Below are positions 21,005-31,910 of a stretch of 64,000 bases of DNA, one piece after another. The position numbers were made by a program, and so were the translations under genes. The stretch is from Histomonas meleagridis 2922-C6/04-290x (taxonomy: Eukaryota; Protista; Parabasalia): contig JAANOX010000205.1 of NCBI GenBank assembly GCA_020184695.1, positions 372,001 to 436,000 on the forward strand, in the 5' to 3' direction. Positions within the stretch are counted from its first letter, which is position 1. Each line of letters begins with the position of its first letter. The notes under the pieces are model-generated. The model saw only the letters and a program-made list of their open reading frames with translations. It made no database searches and was not told where the DNA came from.

Positions 21005-22615
21005 ATGTCTAATTCCCCATCGCCAATTGCTTCGGCAACAAACCCTCCCATATTCCAAGGAGCCGAGCACCCAACTGATGTTCGCATGTCATGTATTCTT
21101 GCCGCCAAATCTGTAGCTGATGCTGTTAGATCATCTCTTGGACCACGTGGTATGGATAAACTTATTCAACTTAAGGATGGTACAGTTATTATCACCAACG
21201 ATGGTGCCACTATCCTCAAATACATGGAAGCAGCTCATCCAGCATCAAAATTAATGGTTTCAATGTCACATGCACAAGATGTTGCAGCTGGAGACGGAAC
21301 AACATCCGTTGTTATTTTTGCAGGTGCCTTTTTAAGTGCCTGTAAAATCCTTCTTGAAAGGAAACTTCATCCATCCTTAATATCCGATGCCCTCAAAATC
21401 GTTGGAGAAGAATCCTTAAAGATCATTGATGAAATGAAGATCCCGTTCAAGAGTGAAACAGGCTTCACACCAGAAGAACGTGAAATTCTCATCAATTCTG
21501 CCACTACCTCATTATCCTCCAAACTTGCATCCCAATGGGCAGATGTTCTTGCACCACTTGCAGTTGATGCTGTCCTTAAAGTCCATGATGGCACAACTGT
21601 TGATTTAAATGATGTTCGTGTCGTTCAAAAAGTTGGAGGTGTTTTAGATGATTCCGAACTTATTGATGGTATTGTTTTCGAACACAAACTTCTTCGTAGC
21701 TCTGCCACACCACGTGTTCTCCATGATGCCAAAATTGCATTAATCCAATTCCAACTTTCACCACCCAAGACTGATATGGAATCACAAATTGTCCTTAGCG
21801 ATTACAACCAAATGGATCGTGTCCAAAGAGAACAACGAAAATATATTTTACAAATGGTCCAAGCAATCTCTAAAACCGGTGCTAACGTTCTCCTCATTCA
21901 GAAGTCAATTCTTCGTGATGCCATTTCTGATCTTGCTCTTACCTTCCTCGAGAAGAAAGGCATTCTTGTTGTCAAAGATATCGAAAGGACCGATGTCGAC
22001 TTTGTCTGTCGTACACTTGGCTGCAAGCCAATTGCATCCATTGAAGGTCTTTCACCCGAAAAACTCGGCTATGCTGAGAAAGTTGAAGAAGTACAAACAC
22101 CAGGCGGCGCCATTGTCAAGATCACAGGCCTTAAGACCGCATCTAAGACAGTCAGTGTCCTTCTTAGAGGGTCAAATGAACTTATTATTGGCGAAGCTGA
22201 ACGTTCTTTGCATGATGCCCTTTGTGTAATTCGCTCATTAGTTTATGAACGTGCATTATTACCCGGAGGTGGCGCAGCTGAAGTCGAACTTGCTGTACGA
22301 TTACTTAAATATTCTGAAACTGTTGGCGGAGAAATCGGACATTGCATCCGTTGCTTCGCTGATGCACTTGATATTATTCCTTATACATTGGCCGAGAACG
22401 CTGGAATGAATCCACTTGACGTAGTAACGAAGTTAAGGGAACTCCACAATAGAGGAATGAAGAATTATGGTATCTCGATCACAGAGAATGGCCCTGGTGA
22501 TATGGTTAAGGAAGATGTCCTTCAGCCATTCTTAGTTACGAAGTCAGCAATCTCATTCGCTTCGGAAACTGTTAGGCAACTAATGAAAGTTGATGACATC
22601 CTTGCAACAACATGA
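21005..22615 (+). CDS. CCT4: T-complex protein 1 subunit delta (CCT4)
   Basis: SLGPRGMDK, TNDGATIL, GDGTTSV, plus the delta-specific LSPPKTDME..IVLSDYNQMDRV and VLLIQKSILRDA. Confidence 0.95.
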   Translation: MSNSPSPIASATNPPIFQGAEHPTDVRMSCILAAKSVADAVRSSLGPRGMDKLIQLKDGTVIITNDGATILKYMEAAHPASKLMVSMSHAQDVAAGDGTTSVVIFAGAFLSACKILLERKLHPSLISDALKIVGEESLKIIDEMKIPFKSETGFTPEEREILINSATTSLSSKLASQWADVLAPLAVDAVLKVHDGTTVDLNDVRVVQKVGGVLDDSELIDGIVFEHKLLRSSATPRVLHDAKIALIQFQLSPPKTDMESQIVLSDYNQMDRVQREQRKYILQMVQAISKTGANVLLIQKSILRDAISDLALTFLEKKGILVVKDIERTDVDFVCRTLGCKPIASIEGLSPEKLGYAEKVEEVQTPGGAIVKITGLKTASKTVSVLLRGSNELIIGEAERSLHDALCVIRSLVYERALLPGGGAAEVELAVRLLKYSETVGGEIGHCIRCFADALDIIPYTLAENAGMNPLDVVTKLRELHNRGMKNYGISITENGPGDMVKEDVLQPFLVTKSAISFASETVRQLMKVDDILATT

Positions 22616-22881
22616 AAAACGAAGTAACGTTTTTAAACTAAAATTTTCAAAATTTTTTGCATATTTAACATCGGTGTGAACGAAATTTGTTATAATAATG
22701 GCACAATTCGATTTACGTTTTTGGAATGAAAAGAATATTTTGGTCAAAATATCGTTGCTACTTCCGACGATCGGTTTGATGAACCTCTTCTCACAAAAAG
22801 TTTCATCGTTCTTCTCATTTACAGAATCCAAAATTTTTGGATCAAAACCGTTGATAAATTTGTCAAATTGACAAAATCCAC

Positions 22882-24219
22882 ATGTTTTTCGCCTTTTTTG
22901 CCTTAAATTGTTTTGTTCAAAGCAAAATCGAAGTAGTAAAAGGTTCACACACAAAATCAGTCCCTATTGCAATTTCTAAGGAAGCTATATTCGATGAATC
23001 CTTTGTTCAATACCGTCAACCAAATAAGTTTAATTTTAAAATTTTAAAACGTATAAACAAAAGTTCGAAGGTGGCAAAAATAAGTCCAGTTAAACTTCCT
23101 ATGCAGATAATCTATGAATTCAAAACAGAGGATTCTTTGGATGATTTAAGAGTCAAAAGCAAAAACTCGCTTAAATCAATTTCTTTGAAGCCCAAGCTCA
23201 AAAGAATTTCAGCCAAAAATTCCAACGAAAACCTACGTGCACCATCCATCAAACCTTCCATAGTAAGCCGTAGTATCATTAAAACGGGAAAAGTTATCAT
23301 ACCAATATGGTCAGCTGAAGGTTTAAGAAACGAAGACGACACGACCCCACAGCGACCAGCTTCAAGCAGAAGCAATTTCAAGCAAGACGGAGACCCATTA
23401 TCAATAAGTGTAGTTCAAGCTGAGACAGGTTCTGCAGCCAAAGGGTCATTTTCTTTTTTAAGGGGCAATAACAGTCAGATCCGTTTTCATCCAATTTTTA
23501 GGCGCACGCCCAAAGAAGAAATTAATGATATCTCTGAATCATTACGTAATTCAAAAACGAACATTCAACACATTCACAAAAAAATTATGAAAATATACTC
23601 AAAAGTCGAATCCTCAGCTCCTGTAAAAGGAAGTGTTAAGCCTACATCTGCCTTGCCTGGATTAAAAAATGAAGACAATGAAATTATTTTTAGAATATCA
23701 AATAGAACCTTTAAAATAAAATTAAATAGAATAGCTACAACTGCAATTAAAACGGAGAGAACGTCGAAGGTTATAGATTCTTTTACTGATTTAAGAAACG
23801 AAGACAATGAAAATATTTTTAGAATGTCAAATAGAACCCTTAAAAAAACAATTAAACCTGTAGGTAAAGTTGCAATTATAACAATACGATTTCCAATAAT
23901 TACAGATTCTTTTCATGATTTAAGAAACGAAGACAAAGAAAATATTTTTAGAATATCAAATAGAATCTTTAAAAAACCTGTAAAAAGAAAAGTTAAAAGT
24001 GTAATTAAAACAATGCGATCGCCAATAATTACAGATTCTTTTCATGGTTTAAGAAACGAAGACGAAAATATTTTTGGAATATCAAATAGAATCTTTAAAA
24101 AAACATATAAACCTGTAAATAGAAAATTTAAAAGTGTAATTAAAACAATGCGATCGCCAATAATTACAGATTCTTTTCCTGGTTTAAGAAATGAAGAAAA
24201 AGAAAACTCAAAAATCTGA
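22882..24219 (+). CDS. Hypothetical basic protein with possible signal peptide and C-terminal ~43-aa repeats
   Basis: 445-aa ORF with a hydrophobic MFFAFFALNCF start and repeated LRNEDxENIFRISNR units. Confidence 0.65.
   Translation: MFFAFFALNCFVQSKIEVVKGSHTKSVPIAISKEAIFDESFVQYRQPNKFNFKILKRINKSSKVAKISPVKLPMQIIYEFKTEDSLDDLRVKSKNSLKSISLKPKLKRISAKNSNENLRAPSIKPSIVSRSIIKTGKVIIPIWSAEGLRNEDDTTPQRPASSRSNFKQDGDPLSISVVQAETGSAAKGSFSFLRGNNSQIRFHPIFRRTPKEEINDISESLRNSKTNIQHIHKKIMKIYSKVESSAPVKGSVKPTSALPGLKNEDNEIIFRISNRTFKIKLNRIATTAIKTERTSKVIDSFTDLRNEDNENIFRMSNRTLKKTIKPVGKVAIITIRFPIITDSFHDLRNEDKENIFRISNRIFKKPVKRKVKSVIKTMRSPIITDSFHGLRNEDENIFGISNRIFKKTYKPVNRKFKSVIKTMRSPIITDSFPGLRNEEKENSKI
23662..24219 (+). 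repeat. Coding tandem repeat, 129-nt period (last interval 135 nt), about 4.3 copies
   Basis: The L(R/K)NE start codons fall at 23662, 23791, 23920, 24049 and 24184. Confidence 0.9.
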
Positions 24220-24948
24220 TGCAACTTCGCCAAGTGCTTTCTCTTGTTTAAGGAACAAAACATATTTCAAATACATCAAAATATCGGGAATTGATACCCC
24301 GGTAAAAGTTATTATTGATACAACTCCACAACATACACTTAAATTAAAAAAATAATTGAATTCAGAAAACGAGAATTAATGGATAAGTCATTAAATCGAT
24401 CAAATAATGAAGAATAATAAAAGTGAAGTCTATGTAATTTTTTTATGATTACAGTTTCATTAAATGAGAAAATTCAAGATTTCCCTCTGTATGTGTTTTT
24501 TGTTCCAGGATATAATATTTCGGTGAACTGCTTTAGTAGTGTACAGATTTTTAAGGGATTTCTGGCGTAATGTTTCGAGATAAAATAGTCTGAATTTAGT
24601 GTGTTGACATGTGATATGAAATATGTAATGAAGAATTAATTATCTTGTTATCTCGTGATGAATACTTCAAAGCCAAAAAGTGAGGCAGTTCGATTATGAA
24701 TCTCAGAATTTTTAATATCGTCAGAAGTGTATTATCATATGTGAATAAATCACACCATCAAATTAAACATAAAAACCAATTGATTTCTTATTTTATTCAT
24801 TAGCTATATGTGATTTTTTGTTTACAATTATTTTTGTTTAAAAAATACATTTTAATGGTTTGATTTTAAAAATTTGAGGAAAATGGCCTAATTTTCTAAA
24901 CAATGGCCATGGCATAACGTTATTGACGATAAGATTTATAAGTACAGA

Positions 24949-26013
24949 ATGTCTAATGGTGATTCGAACACCAAAATAATTGAAAATTCTAAATCACAGT
25001 ATGTTGAAATCAATCTCCTAGTTAAACTTGAACATATCATATTTAATTTAACTGAAGAAAATCTAAATTTATCAATTGAACAAACAATGAAATTACTTGA
25101 CCCAAAATTTCCTTATTCATGTAACTTAACTATTTGTGCTTTAGTATATCATGCATTTTGTTCGAAAATCAATGTAAATGATTTGTATTTAAGATATTTA
25201 GAATTAATTCAAACTAAAGAAGAAATTCAAAAAATTGATCCTAAAATATTAACAGTTTTTAAAATTCAAACTTTTAAACCATATTATTTAATAGAAAAAA
25301 TGATATCGCAAAATCTAATAGATAAAAATATCACTAAAAACATTTTTTCACCTTATTTTGCTCATTACAAAACAGAAAGAAGAGAAATCATAAAAAAGAA
25401 TTATTACCATCCATTATATGGTTCTTTTTTTAAAAATTATGATAAGCTTTCAAAGAATAATTGGGAACTTCATAAGAAGTATGTTAGAGAAGGACATAAT
25501 CCAAATGAAATTGCAAAAATCATTCGAAATGATGAAATAGAAAAACTTCAAGAAATATCAACACAAACAAATTATGATTTTAATCAAACAATTGAACCAT
25601 CACTTTATGAAATATGTTCATTAGTTAATCAAAAAAATGTTTCATTAATTTATTATGCAGCATTTTTTTCTTCTGTTAAATGTTTTAAATATTTACTTAT
25701 GAATAATTCAAAAGTAGAAAAAACAGGTAAATATGCAGTTGCAGGTGGAAATGAAGAAATCATTCATTTATGTGAACAAAACCACTCATCATTTGAAGGA
25801 TCATATGAAACTGCAATTGAATTTCATAAAAATGATATCTTTAAATATCTTTATGAGAATAAAACCCAAAAAATTGATAGTTTGGAAAAATTAGGAAGGA
25901 AATGTATTTTTTATCATAATTATGAAATTTTTGCTTTTTTATTGAAAGAAGGAATTGATATTAATGCTAAAAATATTTATTTGTTTTATTTTATATTTAT
26001 TTTAATAATTTAA
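24949..26013 (+). CDS. Ankyrin-repeat protein (DUF3447-like), paralog of 2759-3814; one more ankyrin block follows at 26055-26165
   Basis: Shares FNQTIEPSLYE...YAAFFSSVKCFKYLL...AVAGGNEEIIHLCEQ. The ORF ends in an 80-nt spacer (25975-26054), then TALMYASENGHSEIVKLL resumes in another frame. Confidence 0.85.
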   Translation: MSNGDSNTKIIENSKSQYVEINLLVKLEHIIFNLTEENLNLSIEQTMKLLDPKFPYSCNLTICALVYHAFCSKINVNDLYLRYLELIQTKEEIQKIDPKILTVFKIQTFKPYYLIEKMISQNLIDKNITKNIFSPYFAHYKTERREIIKKNYYHPLYGSFFKNYDKLSKNNWELHKKYVREGHNPNEIAKIIRNDEIEKLQEISTQTNYDFNQTIEPSLYEICSLVNQKNVSLIYYAAFFSSVKCFKYLLMNNSKVEKTGKYAVAGGNEEIIHLCEQNHSSFEGSYETAIEFHKNDIFKYLYENKTQKIDSLEKLGRKCIFYHNYEIFAFLLKEGIDINAKNIYLFYFIFILII

Positions 26014-26204
26014 TATTTCAAAATAATATAAGGAAATTATTTAAATAATTTAAAACAGCACTTATGTATGCATCTGAAAATGGTCATTCAGAAATAGTTA
26101 AATTACTTCGTGGAAAGGAAGGAATTGATAGAGTGGTTCCGACCAATTATTGTCACAAAAAATAGCGAAGTAAAGTTAAGAATTTTACTTAACGTTCATT
26201 CTTG

Positions 26205-26370
26205 TTATTTTCTTTTTTTTGACTCTGGAGAGCTATAAGAATAATATTTCATCAATTTATCGAGATCACCGCCAAAGCCACTGCTTAGATCTTTAAGTTT
26301 TTTATCTTCTTTCTTTGTCCAAGCACAATATTTTCTTCCAGATTGATAAATTTTATGTCTTCCTCATATA
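26205..26370 (-). pseudogene. Myb/SANT-like remnant
   Basis: Manual translation gives ...AWTKKEDKKLKDLSSGFGGDLDKLMKYY (WT..ED..L pattern). Stops lie upstream. Confidence 0.35.
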
Positions 26371-28799
26371 TGGGATTGAGAAGAACCCTTTGGGTTCAAC
26401 GTAATGCACTACGTGCTGCATACAGCACCATTATTTTTATTATGTTTTTTTCCAGAAATTCCTGATTTCGTTCGTGATATCTTCAAAAAGTGAATCTTTC
26501 ACAATTAAGTATATAAACCTTTCAATTGAGTATAATAAACCATTAAAATTTTTCATAAAAAGTGCCATCAAGCTATTTAATTTTTCCAAAATTAGTTATC
26601 CTGTGTCTGATCACTGTTTTTATTAATTCGCTTTTGAGTAACCTAACAAAGAAAATTCTTTTAGTTACATTGATAAATTTATATATAGAATCATGATTTC
26701 TTGCTTTTATTCTTCGTACACCAAAAGATGCATATTTCATTTTTAACGAAAAACGCAATATTTAAATCAAGTATAAAAAATCAAGTATAGACCCTTATTT
26801 TCTTCTTTATTTTCAAATATGATTATGATGATGATTTGATTGTTATGATATCAGTGTTTTATTGAGATTCTTCTGCTGAGTTCTGAGAAAAAGTTGTTAG
26901 AACATGTATATTTTCTTCGATCGACGATTATTTTTCATCCAAAAAGTTAATAACCGTATAATATTTGAATGATAAATCGCCGTTTAAAACCGTCGTGCAA
27001 AATACTACTTTTTCTCGAAATTCAACAGAAGGAATCTTTAAATATTTCAAATTAATTTAATTTAGTATATATGAATGCTTATATTAAATTCTTGAGAGAT
27101 AAAAAAAAGCGAGTTTCTAGAGTCTTGATGACCTTTTGACATGTAAATTTATATAATAAATATACTTTTCCTCGAGATCAATGACATTCATCTTAGTAAA
27201 AGGTACTCTCCAAGCAAAAGGGAAAATTTGAATACCTTCCTCTCAAAAAGTGGAAATGCCTTTCAATTATGCGTGATTTTTTGAATAGCATTGAAAAATT
27301 TTCATTCAAAATATTTTTGTGAGAAAATATTCCTTCTCAAATTCGATTTCTATGTTCTACATTTTTTGACATAAAAATTTCTGAAAATTTATAAATTGCC
27401 ATTGTATTTTTTTTTTTTTTTTAAATTATTCGATATTTTCAATTTTAATATGACAAATATGCACTGACACGCAACATTCTCAGATATAATATATTTATCG
27501 AACTCAATATTTATAATGATAATATATATTAAATTCGTTTCCGAAATTCGGTCATAGGTATACTGGGAAGATATAAGAACTAGCCATTAAAAATACATAA
27601 TATATGCACATAATTGAGGATATTAATTAATATAAATATGAAATAATATTCATGATAAGTCAAGATAAATTTTTTTTTTTTTTTTTAAGTGACAAATATC
27701 ACTTTTGTATGGTTTATTTTCGTCGGTGCGCCGATGGTAAACGATATGACAAATAGATGCAAGATAAATGAGCAATAAATAAACATATTTCTTGATCAAT
27801 TCATTGCAAATAAAGTAAAAATAACAAAAAAATATCATTGATCACTAAATGAACTAACAAAATATGAGGAGGGGGGGTGGGGGTAAAAAGAACGACCCTT
27901 TTATCTCGACTTCTATTCAATAAAAAAAATTATTTTTTTAAATTATATCATATTTAAATATTCATTATTAAATCTAAATATGTGAGCATTATGTTCATCA
28001 TGTCCAAATGCAATTGTTTTTCAATCATTAAATTTTTCTTTATAGACATTTAGAAATATTGCCAAATTGCATAATTATTGGTAGAGGAATGACATTAAAT
28101 TCGATGAAGAAGTTATGTTTATATTAGATATATTAAATATACTATTAGTTAAAAACCAATTTGTTACACTATCTATTGCATAATTCGAAGAATTGAGAAT
28201 TTTCACCTTATTTAGAATATTTATGTTCATTTGATTAATATTTGAAACTAATAATTTATCGTATTTCATAAAGAATATTGAAATATTATCAAGTTTTTTA
28301 AGCACAAAATATAATATCTTATATACTCAGTACCAAACAAATAAAGATCATGAAACTGGATTCTGCAATATATTTATTAATATATTACCACATATAAGTA
28401 AAAAAATGCAAACGAATTAGATAAATCGAGAATAATAATAAGAGTAATTAAAGATTACATTAATATTTTTATTTATATTTTTAATATCATAATTTAAATT
28501 CCATTGAAAACAAAAAATCGGAAGATATAATCAAGAATAAAAAAAATGTATATAAATATCTACAACAAAGAACAAATATAAAATATTATATAACGAGTTA
28601 AATATTACTAAAATACATCAGATAATGAGATAACTCATTATTATAATAATTAATACAATGAACAACACATGTGTTGATAATTTAATTTATTATTGTTGAT
28701 GATGCGAAATCATTTATTGTAAGTCATAATAAATCAAAAAAAAAAACAACAATTTTATGAAAAAAATTATTAAAAAAAACCAATTTATCACTGAAATGA

Positions 28800-30540
28800 T
28801 TCATTAATAAATTATGATTCATTATTGCATTAATGGAATAATCTTCTATTATAATAATTCCAAGAACAGTGAAACTATGGCAATAACAATTCCTGTAATT
28901 GCACTTGGATGAAGCTTTGTACCATTACTATGGCTCAATGGGCATACATCGCTTATTTTGTTACCCTTGGTAACATTGATCTCTGCAAAAGTGCTTTTTA
29001 GAATATTCATTTGTTACATAAATAGTTGGACTATCAAATGTTGTATTATAACACGATGGTTCATTCTTACCATAGAAGCAAACAATTTCAAGACTCATGC
29101 ATGAACTAAAAAGCATAGTTATCTATCACATTAATGTTCTCTGGAATGATAACTTTCTTAATGCTATTGCAATTGATAAATGCGCCTAATCCAATCGTTC
29201 TTACTGAGCTGGGAATATCAATACTAGAAATCAAAGAACAACCTTCAAATGCATATTCTTGGATTGCTAATATGGTTTTTTTGGAATTACAACATCACCT
29301 GATTTTTTCCAGAAGGGCAAAAATATTAATTTAGTAATATTTTTTTGTTATATACAATTCCGTCATTGTTATAATTGGAGTAATATACATTATTTAGTGA
29401 GATGGTTACAGATACTAAATTTGGACAATTTTGAAATGCAAATAGACCAATTGAAACCACTGAGTCTGGAATATTGACATTGTGGAACAAACATCCATAA
29501 AACTGGAAGTCTTGTAATACTGTGATTGAATTGGGAATACTTAAATTTGTCAACAAAGAACAATTAATGAACGAAAAAGACACCAATTGATTTTTACAGA
29601 ATTGGGGATATTTATATTTGTAATAAGAAAACAATCCTCAAATGCATAATCTTCAATTAATTGAACAGAACTAGGAATATTAACAATACCTTCTACTGCT
29701 GATGGACATAATATTACTTTTTGATATGTTTTTTTATCATAAACAATTCCATCATTATTATAATTCGAATAGATTTCATTATTTTCAGAGATTTTAATTG
29801 CCTTTAATTTTGTGCATGCATCAAATGCAGATTCATTAATTAGGGAAACTGAAGAAGAAATTTCAATTTGCTCTAAATTTAAACACCTATAAAACGCAAA
29901 TTCTTGAATTTTTTCAACAGAATCTGGAATTATAACATTTGTTATCTGCCTGCAATCAGAAAAAAAGAGGAATATCCTATTGATTTTACAGAATTGGGGA
30001 TATTTATATTTGTAATAAGAAAACAATCCTCAAATGCATAATCTTCAATTAATTGAACAGAACTAGGAATATTGACAATACCTTCTACTGCTGATGGACA
30101 TAATATTACTTTTGATATGTTTTTATCATAAACAATTCCATCATTATTATAATTCGAATAGATTTCATTATTTTCAGAGATTTTAATTGCCTTTAATTTT
30201 GTGCATGCATCAAATGCAGATTCATTAATTAAGGAAATTGATATAGGAATAATAAGCTGGTCCATAGAACAACCATAAAATGCATAATCTTTAATCGTTG
30301 TAACAGATTCACCGATTACTACATTTGTTAATTTGCTCTGATTATAAAAAAAGCATGTCTATCAATCACAAAGACATTGCGCCCAATTGGCAGTATTGAA
30401 AAATGACCAATGGTTTCAATATCATCTCGGGTAATAGTTGAAACATTAAAGACTTTAAGAGTATCATTTTTCGAGAATAAAGTTACAGCATGTGAAAAAT
30501 AGGAAGAAGGTAAAACATGTATAAAAAAAATAAATGCCAT
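28800..30540 (-). pseudogene. BspA-like leucine-rich-repeat (TpLRR/LRR_5) surface protein with C-terminal TM segment, broken by many frameshifts
   Basis: IPSSVQLIEDYAFEDC, IPDSVEKIQEFAFYRC and IPSSVRTIGLGAFINC repeats in successive frames. TM-like AITGIVIAIVS near 28870-28910. ATG at 30540. Confidence 0.85.
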
Positions 30541-30570
30541 GTTTGGCAAATTTAAAATTCAATTGTTCAA

Positions 30571-30968
30571 ATGTTTTTTTCTTGATCCCTATTATCATTG
30601 TTGCCAGACAATCAACAGAAAATAATGAGGAAAACAGTGCTAAGCCAGGACTTTTAGTTAATGTTAAAGGAGATCTTGATTTCAACGAATTAATAGATCA
30701 AATCAGCAAAATAGTAGGTTTCTTGCTAACAGCAAAAAATGAAATTCCAACAAATGGAGGTGGTAGATTTATTACAGGTGTTGATTCCGGTAATGTTTAT
30801 GCATTTTATTACCATCCGTCAAAGAGACACAGAGTTTCATGTAGACCAGGACATGGCCAAAGAATTCAACCAAAAGATCCAGTATGGTTTGAGGCAAATG
30901 AATGGGCCTATGTTATTCTTAAATCAGCCTGGTATGGAGGTAATCGATGCTGGTATGATGATGAATAA
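30571..30968 (+). CDS. Putative secreted protein with C-terminal lactococcin 972-like (bacteriocin) domain
   Basis: The C-terminal 71 aa read NGGGRFITGVDSGNVYAFYYHPSKRHRVSC...WFEANEWAYV...GGNRCWYDDE. The frame is open from ATG 30534. One extra T in the T7 run after ATG 30571 would give the signal-like start MFFFLIPIIIVA. Confidence 0.7.
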
Positions 30969-31369
30969 ATCTAGATTAAGTGTAAGAACTTCAATCGATT
31001 TATTTAATTTTTTTAATAATTAAATAATTTTTTAAATATATTTTAAAAATTTTAATATTATTTTATATTATTTAATGTTTTTATAATGTTTTATGTTATT
31101 ACCATATAATAATTTAGCTATTTAAAAATATATTATTCGATTTTTGATAAAAAAATGCCATTTTTTTGCTAAAAAAATGCCATTATAATCCAAAATTTCA
31201 TCAAAAATATTTGCATGTAGGAATACAACAGATTATTTTTAAAATGTATATTGTTGATTGAAAACATGTGTTTTGATCAGAATTATTCTAATATTGAATA
31301 AAAAATATTATTTTTGATATATTAATTATGGAATTGTATGAGAAAATAATATAATGATAGCCTAACATA

Positions 31370-31910
31370 AATTTATGTTATGTACATGCATAAAGCTTCA
31401 TCAAATTTGTGTATTTTCACTTGTTTATTCATGCTTTTTTTCATATTATCAAATGTTTTTATCATGTTCATTCATGTTGTTCTATCTTATCTTGTGCTTA
31501 TTCATGTTTTTTCTCATTATAAAACTTTTTTCATATTATCTCATTTGTATTAATAATTTTTTATGTTTGTTCACATAATTTCATATTTATTCGTGTTATA
31601 TAATGTTTATAAATTAATTTTGAATGTTATCTCATGATTTTCTATGTTATCTCATGTTATATCATATTTATTAATGTTTTTTCATATTATCTCATGATTT
31701 AATATGTTGATTCATGTTTATTCATGTTTTTTTCATTTTATCTGATATTTATTTATGATTTTTTATGTTATCTCATGTTTATTCATGGATATTCATGATT
31801 TTTCTTGTCATAAAATGTTTATTTATTAATTTTAATCTTATCTCATGTTTGGTTTGTTGTTCGTTGTTTTTTTTCAATGTATTATCTCCATGTTATTCAT
31901 AATACATGTC
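31370..31910. repeat. Degenerate short-period repeat of TCATGTT / TTATCTCATG / TATTCATG motifs
   Basis: Many copies at roughly 10-20-nt spacing. Similar patches occur at ~36560-36840 and ~37480-37600. Confidence 0.6.

Noticed and set aside
27868-27883. G-rich tract as possible G-quadruplex
   Set aside because: Only two long G runs are present, too few for a confident intramolecular G4.
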